Part shown: positions 24,154 through 34,997 of the stretch, piece by piece
Position numbering within the stretch: the stretch's first letter is position 1
Layout: the number at the start of each line of letters is the position of its first letter
DNA from: Macrostomum lignano
Lineage: Eukaryota
Direction: 5' to 3'
Assembly (NCBI GenBank): GCA_002269645.1
Contig: NIVC01001988.1
Coordinates: 151,635-215,634, forward strand
DNA length: 64,000 nucleotides
Position numbers and translations under genes: made by a program
Notes under the pieces: generated by a model
The model's database searches: none
What the model was told of the DNA's origin: nothing
What the model saw: only the letters and a program-made list of their open reading frames with translations

Positions 24154-25815
24154 CATATTGCCATGTACAGAGTGACATTTTACATCAAGTGTGACATTCA
24201 AATGATATGCCGTTTAGAGTGACACCTTGCCTTGTTGAGTTGCATGAAAGAATAAAATTTGCTATTGGGTAGCGTGGATTCTGCTGCTTAGAGTGACATT
24301 GATCTCCCATGTAGAGTGACATTGGTCTCCCGTGTAGAGTGACATTGATCCCCCATGTAGAGTGACATTGATCTCCCATGTAGAGTGACATTGATCCCTC
24401 ATGTAGAGTGACATTGATCCCTCATGTAGAGTGACATTGATCCCTCATGTAGAGTGACATTGATATCCCATGTAGAGTGACATTGATCTCCCATGTAGAG
24501 TGACATTGATCTCCCATGTAGAGTGACATTGATCCCTCATGTAGAGTGACATTGATCCCTCATGTAGAGTGACATTGATCCCTCATGTAGAGTGACATTG
24601 ATCCCTCATGTAGAGTGACATTGATCCCTCATGTAGAGTGACATTGATCTCCCATGTAGAGTGACATTGATATCCCATGTAGAGTGACATTGATCTCCCA
24701 TGTAGAGTGACATTGATCTCCCATGTAGAGTGACATTGATCCCTCATGTAGAGTGACATTGATCCCTCATGTAGAGTGACATTGATCCCTCATGTAGAGT
24801 GACATTGATCCCTCATGTAGAGTGACATTGATCTCCCATGTAGAGTGACATTGATCTCCCATGTAGAGTGACATTGATATCCCATGTAGAGTGACATTGA
24901 TCTCCCATGTAGAGTGACATTGATCTCCCATGTAGAGTGACATTGATCTCCCATGTAGAGTGACATTGATCTCCCATGTAGAGTGACATTGATCTCCCAT
25001 GTAGAGTGACATTGATCTCCCATGTAGAGTGACATTGATCTCCCATGTAGAGTGACATTGATCTCCCATGTAGAGTGACATTGATCTCCCATGTAGAGTG
25101 ACATTGATCTCCCATGTAGAGTGACATTGATCTCCCATGTAGAGTGACATTGATCCCTCATGTAGAGTGACATTGATCCCTCATGTAGAGTGACATTGAT
25201 CCCTCATGTAGAGTGACATTGATCTCACGTGTAGAGTGACATTGATCTCACGTGTAGAGTGACATTGATCTCCCATGTAGAGTGACATTGATCCCTCATG
25301 TAGAGTGACATTGATCTCACGTGTAGAGTGACATTGATCTACAGTGTAGAGTGACATTGATATCCCGTGTAGAGTGACATTGATCTCCCGTGTAGAGTGA
25401 CATTGATGCCTCATGTAGAGTGACATTGATCTACAGTGTAGAGTGACATTGATCCCCCATGTAGAGTGGCATTGATCTCCCGTGTAGAGTGACATTGATC
25501 TACAGTGTAGAGTGACATTGATCTACAGTGTAGAGTGACATTGATCTCCCGTGTAGAGTGACATTGATCTACAGTGTAGAGTGACATTGATCTACAGTGT
25601 AGAGTGACATTGATCTACAGTGTAGAGTGACATTGATCTACAGTGTAGAGTGACATTGATCTACAGTGTAGAGTGACATTGATCTACAGTGTAGAGTGAC
25701 ATTGATCTACAGTGTAGAGTGACATTGATCTACAGTGTAGAGTGACATTGATCTACAGTGTAGAGTGACATTGATCTACAGTGTAGAGTGACATTGATCT
25801 ACAGTGTAGAGTGAC
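24150..25815. repeat. 23-bp minisatellite (~65 copies)
   Basis: Unit GTAGAGTGACATTGATCTCCCAT with blocks of variants. Confidence 0.95.
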
Positions 25816-26445
25816 ATGGCAACGGTTTGCTTTGTTTATTTGCCCGACCACGTGTTTACTCCAGTTTGCGTTTGTTTTAATTTCAAATTTTAACGAACTG
25901 CTTTTGTTGATTTGTTTTGTTTTAATTCTCTGTAGCTGCTAATTTTGTATCTGATAGATGAAGACTACAAGCCACGTTATTCCGCTATTGTTTCATCGAC
26001 AAAGATTTATTCAGTAGAATAGACTGATTTTTGAGACTCAGCTTTTGATCATGTGAAAATATTCCAGGCGTGGCTTCTTAAATTTTATGCACTGTCAGAG
26101 TTGCACCAAAACTGAATATGTTAAATTCGGAATTTTTAAAACTTTTGCTAACAACCCGCGTGTCTTCCACTGCTATCATAATAATGTAATAGTGCTGCAT
26201 AAACATGTGCTGTATATTTATTCAAGACAGAGATGTCCAACCATCGCTTGTAATTGTCCTAATTTTGTGATGTTCTTTTTTTAATGAGATTAAACCGCAG
26301 TTTTAATTTATTTATCCATAATGCCAGATTAAAAAGATTTTAAACTAAAGGACTAAAAAGCCTGCGATTTTATCCGCTTCCCTCTTTGAGCCTTGGCAAC
26401 TTGACAACTTGGCCCTTGAGCCGCACTTAGACGACGCCCATTCCG

Positions 26446-27246
26446 CTAACCCCTGGCAACCACGGGCAGCTGGTTCTGTGGTGGTGCCGGCGTCCGGAGG
26501 AGGTGGATAGTCGCTCGCCCGGTAGCCCTTAGGTAGCGGACGAGCTGGCAGAGATTCTCAGGCCCGAGAACGTCGGAGAGGTCCGGGTTTGGGCCGGCTT
26601 GAGTTAAAGCGGGGCAGTCACGGATGATGTAAGTGCAGAGAGGCACAATGGGCATTTCTCACTACGGATTTTTCCCTGGAGGTGGCGACGCCTGGCAAAA
26701 CAGCCATGACCCGAGAGGGCCATGGTCACCGACCTGACGTCCCTGCGGTTGAGTCCAAGCAGGGCCCTGCGCAGGGCGGAGGAAGGACAGGGGACAGCCG
26801 CGCGGGATTGCCGGCAGTCGGGGACATTAGCCCACCTCTCCCTGTGCTTAGAAGCCACCCACTGGTTGATCCGAGTGGTGACAACGGCGGTGGGGGCCAC
26901 GGGCCCCAGTGAAAGAAGCGGTCAAGCCAGGCCATCGACCAACCCGTTGCTGGGGTGGCCCGAGTGCCCGAGGATCCACATCCACCTTAGGGACACCTTG
27001 TTGGAGGCGCCTAAGCGGTTGATCGAGCTGCCCGATGTAGTCGAGGACTGTGCGCGAGCAGGTGGTGGTGCCCTCAAGGGCGAGGATTGCCGCTTGACTG
27101 TCCGAGTGGAGGATAATCTTCCCCCAGACGCGCTGATTGTACAGCTCCATGGCGCAGGAGCTGATGGCGAGAACTTCGTTCTCGAAAACGGTGGAGCAGG
27201 TGCTGGTTTGCTGAGAGAAATTCGCCACGGTTTTCCATCCAGACAC
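26446..27246 (-). mobile_element. 5'-truncated, frameshifted non-LTR retrotransposon 3' end (RNase H plus Cys/His C-terminus)
   Basis: IILHSDSQAAILAL; shifted frame WILGHSGHPSNGLVDGLA; MALSGHGCF...KCPLC; YIIRDCPAL. Confidence 0.8.
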
Positions 27247-28413
27247 GAATCCCCTTGAGCCGTACTTTGAAGTGTCGACTTCCTTTACAAGCCGTTCTTG
27301 GGTCAGCCTTAAAAATGAGGGTTATAGAGAAGTTAGCAGTCCAAGTTGCGGGTTGAAGATGTCCTTGGCAAAACTCCTTGCTAGCTTCGGGTCGGGTCGG
27401 CTGTCTTTTCGAAGTCCTTGATGAAAAGTGAATCGCTGAGAGTAGTTGATGACGATCCAGCCTCCATTACAATATTCGTAATATATTTGGCTTATCGTAC
27501 CAGGGGTTTAGCAGCAATGGGAGCGGGTTCCGGCCCGGAAGTGACCGCCCAGCAAAGTTACAACTGACAATTCTACAGCAGAAATGTGTGGCTGCCCATA
27601 CAGTCATGCATTTTTCTCGTAGTTGTTAAAAATACGCAGCAACTCTAATGTGGCATCAGCAACCGGCCTACATGTAAATTGGTCAGCCATGGACTTCTAT
27701 AGACAGGCATCTGGATTGGATGAGGCTGGCTGGCTGGAGAGAAAAACATGGACTGTTTGTCAGTAGGAATACCAAGCAACCCTCCAGACCGTCAAGATAT
27801 TGAACGATAGCGCCAGCCAGAAGGCAGTGTTTTTTCCATAAACGCTAGTGCCTCAAATTTGCTCATCATGTCAGCATGTGTCTGCATCATCTCTGACTTT
27901 CGTGGCCTCTGGCCCTCGCCCAGGCGGAGCTTCTGAACCTTGAACAGATGACTATGGAACCCTGTTGCGGCTAATTCCGTTTTCGCTCTGTATTTTTACA
28001 GCGTACAGATATTAAGTATTGCCCGTTCATGTCCGTGTCTCCATCTGGCAATAAGGTACCGCATTCGCGCCTCGCCTATTGACCGAGTCGAGCTAACTCC
28101 AGCGTTTGCAGCAGTGCTCTTCAGTCAACAAGTCTAATCCAGAGGCTATTATTATTCAAAAGCCCTGAATGGGGTTGCTTTGTTTCTCTCCTCGCACACT
28201 CTGCTAATTGCTTCCGGCCATAGACAAAACGATGGTGTAGTTCGCAAACTGCAATTAAGTGTAGCCTAGCAGCTGCAATTTCCTACATTTTGATTTATGA
28301 GCCTAATTTCGAATAATGTATAAAACTGACCCAACTAGTGGCTATTAAGGTCCCCTATCATTCCCTAAACTCGAAATTGCATTCCCGAATACAGCTACCG
28401 ATATCGCTGCATA

Positions 28414-28925
28414 ATGCTGACACTCACTGTTCTGCCGCTGCTCGTCCTGCTGGCTGCCGGAGCTGCCGAGGCCGGCGGCGTCACCTGCACCAGCCTGCAC
28501 CCGCTGGACAGCATCTGCGCCACAGCTGGCGAGGGCTTCTCCTTTAGCGACGGCTGCAACCGCGTACGCTGTCTTGCTGGCGGTCTCGCCGCCTCCTCCC
28601 GACGTCGCTGCCCGACCGAGGACCCGCTGTCCGCCAAGGACCGCAGCCAGTGCGTTAGCGTTGGCTTCGCCATCTTCGACCGCGTTCCGCCGCGCTCCTG
28701 CCCCAACGCCTCGCCCGAGTCCGTCTGCCGCCCAGGGCGCGGCGGCGGCGGCTTCCGCTTCACCGACGGCTGCAACATGATCGCCTGCTCTGAAGATGGC
28801 TCTGTGGTCGGCGTCACCAGGCGCTCCTGCCCGGCTGGCGAGTCGGACTCCGCCTTCTGCCGATTCATCGAGCGCCTCAATGAGGAGAGCGCTGAGCAGG
28901 GGCCGCCCACCAGCGGCAAGAGGGG
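28414..28925 (+). CDS. Secreted pacifastin-like protein A, exon 1 (signal peptide plus 2 domains)
   Basis: Hydrophobic MLTLTVLPLLVLLAAGAAEA; two DGCN.x.C...CP domains; phase-2 donor GG|GTAGGA at 28925/28926 (if unspliced, stop at 28929). Confidence 0.75.
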
Positions 28926-29603
28926 GTAGGAGGCGTGAAGAAGCAGAACATGTTTACCTCTTCTGCCCGCACTGAACCTTTATTTAAGCAAACAATGTTG
29001 TGTTTTGTTCGCAATTACTGCTTTCGGCGTCTGCACTTTGGCAAGCCTGTTTGACATTTTGAAATAAAACTCTATCGGCTTTCAAAACCAGAAAAACCGG
29101 TAAATGAATCGAACCCTAAAAAGTCGCCGAGGTAACTAAATTGAAGTCTCGCGATTCTCTAAAGAATAGCAAGACAGTTGATTTTAACTTTTCTTAGCAT
29201 AAAATTGATTTGACTTTTAAATTGACTTTTAATTGTTTCCTGCCTGCCTGCCTGTCTTAAAAATATTTAATTAGCACACCGTAACCTTTTAGTTTGCATA
29301 CAGTATATTAAAGGCTTATAAGATAGGGTATCTACCAATAATGCAATAGCTGCACCCCAAGGGTGCTAATCAACTAGTCCAACTATCCAACTATACTAAA
29401 TATCTACTCGCATATATTTATATTATTAGAAGTCAAAAAGGGTGCCAGAAATAGTAGCTTCAAGAGACACAACTTTTTAGATTTTCCATTGAAACAAATT
29501 GTCTTTTTTAACACTGTGAATCGTGTTAGCATTGTCTTACGCAAAAATTCACCAAGCCTGAACAGCCAAGCTGCACCGAACCCATCGTAAAACCGACCTG
29601 CAG

Positions 29604-30069
29604 GTCCATGCGCCGGCGGCGCCGCAACTTCAGCCAGGAGTTCGCTTGTCCGCGGCTGGCAGCCGAGCGGATCTGCGACCCGGCCACCAACGGGTTCACC
29701 TACTCGGACGGCTGCAACACGGTCACCTGCCACGCTGACGGCACCGGCCAGACCACCTTCAAGGCCTGCCCTCGGCCTGATGAGGCTGGCGACAGAGCCG
29801 CAGCTGCCGCGGCCTACTGCGAGTCTGCCGAGCGGCAGATGCGGGCCAAGATGCAGCGGGCCAGCCTCCGCAGGCGCTGCCTGCAGCCGGAGACGGTCTG
29901 TGTTGCTGACGCGGTCAGGCGCAGGCAGGTGTTCAACGACGGCTGCAACAGGTGCGTGTGCAGAGCCCTGGGAGAGGCCTCGTGCACCCGGCGCTCCTGC
30001 CCGGCGCTGCTCATGACAGAGGAGGAGTTCCGGGGCTACTGCGAGCGGCGCGGAGCCGACAGGCACTGA
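29604..30069 (+). CDS. Pacifastin-like protein A, exon 2 (polybasic site plus 2 domains)
   Basis: Acceptor CTGCAG| at 29603, phase 2; RRRRR; last domain has the full pacifastin signature CNRCVC...GEASCTRRSC. Confidence 0.75.
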
Positions 30070-30257
30070 CGAGTTTCTTGAGCTGAGCTGCACTGCCAGC
30101 TGACCCTTCTCTGACGGATAATAAATTAATGATTGAAGCTGACAATTGAAGATTGTTCTCAGAATTCTTCTAAGTTGGTGTAGACATTTGAATCTACGAG
30201 TATAGTTAGTGCGTGTAGTCTTTGTTCTGTTCATTTCATTCTCGGGGACTAGCCCTG

Positions 30258-30843
30258 ATATGCTGGCGCCCCCTGGTGCTGGCGCCCCCTGGTGCTGGCG
30301 CCCCCTGGTGCTGGCGCCCCCTGGTGCTGGCGCCCCCTGGTGCTGGCGCCCCCTGGTGCTGGCGCCCCCTGGTGCTGGCGCCCCCTGGTGCTGGCGCCCC
30401 CTGGTGCTGGCGCCCCCTGGTGCTGGCGCCCCCTGGTGCTGGCGCCCCCTGGTGCTGGCGCCCCCTGGTGCTGGCGCCCCCTGGTGCTGGAGCCCCCTGG
30501 TGCTGGCGCCCCCTGGTGCTGGCGCCCCTGGTGCTGGCGCCCCCTGGTGCTGGCGCCCCCTGGTGCTGGCGCCCCCTGGTGCTGGCGCCCCCTGGTGCTG
30601 GCGCCCCCTGGTGCTGGCGCCCCCTGGTGCTGGCGCCCCCTGGTGCTGGCCCCCTCTGGTGCTGGCGCCCCCTGGTGCTGGCGCCCCTGGTGCTGGCGCC
30701 CCCTGGTGCTGGCGCCCCCTGGTGCTGGCGCCCCCTGGTGCTGGAGCCCCCTGGTGCTGGCGCCCCCTGGTGCTGGCGCCCCCTGGTGCTGGCCCCCCTG
30801 GTGCTGGCCCCCCTGGTGCTGGCCCCCCTGGTGCTGGCGCCGC
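30258..30843. repeat. 16-bp GC-rich minisatellite
   Basis: Unit GGTGCTGGCGCCCCCT, ~36 copies. Confidence 0.95.
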
Positions 30844-30944
30844 TGGTCATTAAGCGTCTATCTTGCTAATGAAGCATAAAAATACGAGTATTATTAAGGG
30901 TCACAACAAGATAAGAAGGAAATGAAAGCAATGCTTATTTCAAA

Positions 30945-31213
30945 AACGTCGGCTGGCAAACGTCCCGCAGGCAAACGTGGCTGGCAAACTTCCCGCAGGC
31001 AAACGCGGCTGGCAAACGTCCCGCAGGCAAACGCGGCTGGCAAACGTCCCGCAGACAAACGTCGGCTAGCAAACGTCGGCTGGCAAACGTCGGCTGGCAA
31101 ACGTCGGCTGACAAGCGTCCCGCTGGCAAACGTCGGCTGGCTAACGTCCGGCAGGCAAACGTCGGCTGGCAAACGTCGGCTGCCAAAGGTCCGGCAGGCA
31201 AACTTTGTAGACC
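30945..31213. repeat. 14/28-bp repeat array, probably a DNA-transposon subterminal region
   Basis: AAACGTCGGCTGGC / AAACGTCCCGCAGGC units ending ...TTTGTAGACCCC. Confidence 0.6.
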
Positions 31214-32070
31214 CCACTCGTACGACAAAAAAATTCAACACCGCTAGAACAGCGATCTCAGTTCAAGGCGAAGCCTAAAAAGGCACAGCGCCACCCACCC
31301 CAACGCCACACACCCACCCCCAGGGGTGGAGTCAAGCAACCCCCTCCCAGCCAATCGCAACGCCGGTTAGCCCACGCCGTGCAAGCCGGCTAGGCAAACC
31401 GGTCATAAAATGCCCGGGGATTTACCAAACTCGTGTGCTGTGGGGTGTCTCACGATAAATTTCCGATTCTCATCTGAAGCTGCCGCATGGCTCAACGTAA
31501 TTTCGCTTAGCTCTCTGTGCCAGTTGCATCAGAAATGTGCCTCAGTACCCGCTAGCGGGGCTTAAAATGAGAAGAAGTTCCATTGCTAATAGTTAATCCA
31601 CAAATTACGTTAGAAAAAAATTGAGATTCCCTCGCCTTTTTACTGTTGAAGTAAGCGACTGACAGTGTCTACAGCTCGTATCCAGTGAATAAATAGTCTG
31701 CAATGTCTATTGACGTTAAGACAACGGAATTGGCCGCCTCATGCCCAGTTTCAGTGGTAACTGTTTGCTGGGAAATCAACCTGGCAAGTTGCAAGCTGAA
31801 AGCTTCCGGCCTGACAAATCGCAGCTAAGCTGCATGGGTAGTGAAGCAACTCTGAGCGCAAACACGGTTAAAACAAATTTCAGAAGAAATTTTCGAACTG
31901 CTCCAATATTAAAACCGACCCGCAAGCTTTTCAGGTTTCCTGGCTTTAGGACAACTTGCCGCATCAAATGCACACAAGTTCGAGATTAAGAACTAAAGAA
32001 CGTTGCCTAAAAGGTTGCAAAAATTAAAATAATTTCGATGTCTCTGACTTCAAGACTTTGGACAAAGACC

Positions 32071-33148
32071 ATGGGTAAGGTGTAAAACTTTTGTATCGGC
32101 AAAATTTTGCAAAAATAACTTAACTGATTGATCCATTTCAGGCAGCATCCTCGTCCTGACCTGCTACTGCCAGCTGATCGACTGCGGAAGCTCTGATGTT
32201 GTGTGGCGGAGGCTGGTGGTGCCACAGTGCCTGCCCGAACTTCTGGCAGAGCGGCTGGCCGAGACCCCTGCTGACACCGTCGAGTGTCTTCTTGAGGCTG
32301 CTGTCGCCGGTGCCTCGAGCGGCCTGCAGGTGGCCCAGTTCGACTCGGACAATCGCCAGTGCTCGCTCTTCCAATACACCGCAGTGTGCCACCTCATCGA
32401 TGGACTCGCTGCTGCAGAGAGCTCGCAGCCCCGCCGCTGTGCCGCATTCGCCAATGCCAGAGCCGCCAAGTTCCTCACCTTGAGCAGGAAGCTCATGCTG
32501 GGTGTGGGCTCGAAGCTGAGGGCCGCCTGGGTGATGAGCGACGATGCGGACGCCAGCAGGAGCAACTTGGTGTGCGGCCAGACGCAGCAGTGGATGTCGG
32601 AGAATGTGGAGTGGAGCAGCGAGGGAGCCAAGCTCGACGGAGTGTCGTCCAAGATGTGGCTGGAGAACGTGGAGTTCGCGAGCGTGCAGCAAGGACTCAC
32701 GTGGCTGCTCAGGCTCAAGCGGACTGTCCGGAAGGAGGCAACGCTGCTCGAATTCTACAACTGCAACTCCAAGGCCCTTTGTGCGGGTTTTTGGGACGGT
32801 TGGACTGGAGGATGGGGCCTGTACTTCTTCAGGGTGGCTTCATCCTTTTTTGACTACATCACATCTTCTGCCACGAACTCGTTTGACCCGAATCGATTCG
32901 TTGAGGTCGGCGTCAGTTCGGCGTCTCTTTCAAGCCGCGACTTCTTCTCCAACTCCGGGTTCGTGCCGCGGTCTGCTGTGAGCGCTGGTACTCACCGCGA
33001 GGCTGCCGTGCCGACATGCCGCTGCATCCGCTTGGGATTTCGACCTGGCGACCCGCGAATGCTGAAGGGCACGGTGCAGGCGGTGGCCATCATGAACGAC
33101 ACTATGACGGAGGCTGAGATTCGCAGCTTCTTCGGTCTACTGCGCTGA
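32071..33148 (+). CDS. Secreted protein with Apple/PAN-like N-terminus and LamG/concanavalin-like C-terminus; exons 32071-32074 and 32142-33148
   Basis: ATG G|GTAAGG ... TTTCAG|GC gives signal-like MGSILVLTCYCQLIDCG; C-terminal LKGTVQAVAIMNDTMTEAEI resembles the end of a LamG fold. Confidence 0.65.
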
Positions 33149-33672
33149 AGTTCGTTGCAAGTTTGCTGATTGTTGAAGAATCAACCAGTTATGTTGTAAC
33201 ATGAGACAATTTTTCTGGAAAAACACTGAGCTAATTTTACAATAAGAGACTGTGCATTCCATAAGTACCATTTAAACGATCTTTTCAGTTGATTTCGGCA
33301 TGAAAATTTCTATATTTCTTATGTATTTGCTCACACAGAGTTTCTCTGTAATTGCCCACCTGAATCAAACACATGAGCAGTGGTGTCACTGCAGGTCCTA
33401 GCGACTTTACTTGGGTCAGGCTACCTTGTTAGATGCTTTAAAACTGAACTATGGAATTTCTGTGTGTTAGTCTATAGGCAAAACTGAGTCAAGTCATGCT
33501 TGCAAGCGAAGGAGAAAAAACATACGAACAGAAGTATACCGAGGTGACGAAAGTATTTATTTGACTGCATAGCACGAAACCATGTACAATAATAGACCAA
33601 CACAATCTGATTGGCGGAGTGTTAAAACCATGCACACTACGAAGCGCCCAAGTGCAAACGGGTAGGGGTAAG

Positions 33673-33675
<3 letters not shown>

Positions 33676-33754
<79 letters not shown>

Positions 33755-33760
33755 AGAGAG
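33676..33760. repeat. (GA)n microsatellite (shorter one at ~34055-34083)
   Basis: Direct inspection. Confidence 0.97.
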
Positions 33761-34052
33761 GTCACGGCGTGTTAAAATATTAAGCAGTTTGAATAAAATA
33801 AATGACAAAGTGAATAAATATTGTACTTCAATAGGGTAAACTGAGCGCATTGGTTAAAACGATTCAATGGTTTCCCGGCTGAGACTTCTTACACTTATTG
33901 GGAGCCAGAAGGCTTCTGTAAATTACGTTGCCGTGTAAATCCGGCAAGTATGCGGGAGCCTGGTTTATCTTGTAGCTTATCAAAGTTTTTAGCAATCTCG
34001 TTGGCGAGCCAGACCGTAGATGGGTGAAAAGGAAGTACCAGTGGGATGGGTC

Positions 34053-34083
<31 letters not shown>

Positions 34084-34304
34084 TGAAACAACGTGAAAAC
34101 CAAAGTTTAACCCCAGCACCCCATTAGAGTGAGAGGATACTCGTTCGTATAAATGAATCCCAAGGAAACGTATTGCGCATGAGTACTTCTGATTGGCTGC
34201 CAGGAGAAAAAGCAATGACATTTAAATTTCGTCAGACTGAACTCACACATGGCAGAACATTGCCCATTTGTCACATCTGCTTCACTGCCAATGAAAGCAA
34301 AATC

Positions 34305-34997
34305 ATGCAGCTTCAATCGCTGTTGCAGCTGCAGTTTCTGATGCTCACTGCAGTATCCGCCTGTCAGCTCCCTTTCACCATCACAAACGGCCACTGCCTC
34401 TTCATCGAATGCTCCCCGAAGAGACTGTGGTGCGATGCAGCTGAGCGCTGCTTGCAAATCGGTGGCGAACTGCTGCTGGATCTTGGGGTGATGCGAGCCG
34501 TGCGATCGCAAATCTCCGCCTGGTCCTGGGTTGGATTCTCGGACTTGACGCGCGAGCGGCAGACATCCCGCACTGGTTGGAAGCTCACGAATGGCTCGCT
34601 TCTTCAGTCCGAAGATTCGGATTGGAATGGGCCTTCTCCTAGAAATTCCGCTGCCAATGACGACTTCGGCTTGATAATCAACACTGGACTCGGGGACGGC
34701 ATGCTGAAACTTCATGGCACAGTCTGCCAGCCAATCACAACGCCGAACAGCTCCTACCTTAAGGTCACTGAGTTTCTCAAGCTCGGTGACATCAGTCCTG
34801 ACTACTGCTTCACTGAGGTCGCGGCTGTTTACAAGAAGTTTGACTGTCTGTCCCTCTGCTCACGCCGCTGGCAGTGCAGGGCTGCTCTGCACAATGCTGT
34901 GCAAGGCAGGTGCCGGATGTTGGACTTCACTGACGCCAGTGTTGGTGACGCGATCGAGCTGGACCCCAACTGGAAGAAGTACGTCAAGGTGTACTGA
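34305..34997 (+). CDS. Secreted C-type lectin-like plus Apple/PAN domain protein
   Basis: Signal MQLQSLLQLQFLMLTAVSA; C...F....GHC...W..A...C..IGG.L, WVGFSD; C-terminal CLSLC....C..A......CRML. Confidence 0.75.
   Translation: MQLQSLLQLQFLMLTAVSACQLPFTITNGHCLFIECSPKRLWCDAAERCLQIGGELLLDLGVMRAVRSQISAWSWVGFSDLTRERQTSRTGWKLTNGSLLQSEDSDWNGPSPRNSAANDDFGLIINTGLGDGMLKLHGTVCQPITTPNSSYLKVTEFLKLGDISPDYCFTEVAAVYKKFDCLSLCSRRWQCRAALHNAVQGRCRMLDFTDASVGDAIELDPNWKKYVKVY

Noticed and set aside
30880-31225. Complete TIR/TSD for the 14-bp repeat element
   Set aside because: No matching terminus or TSD found
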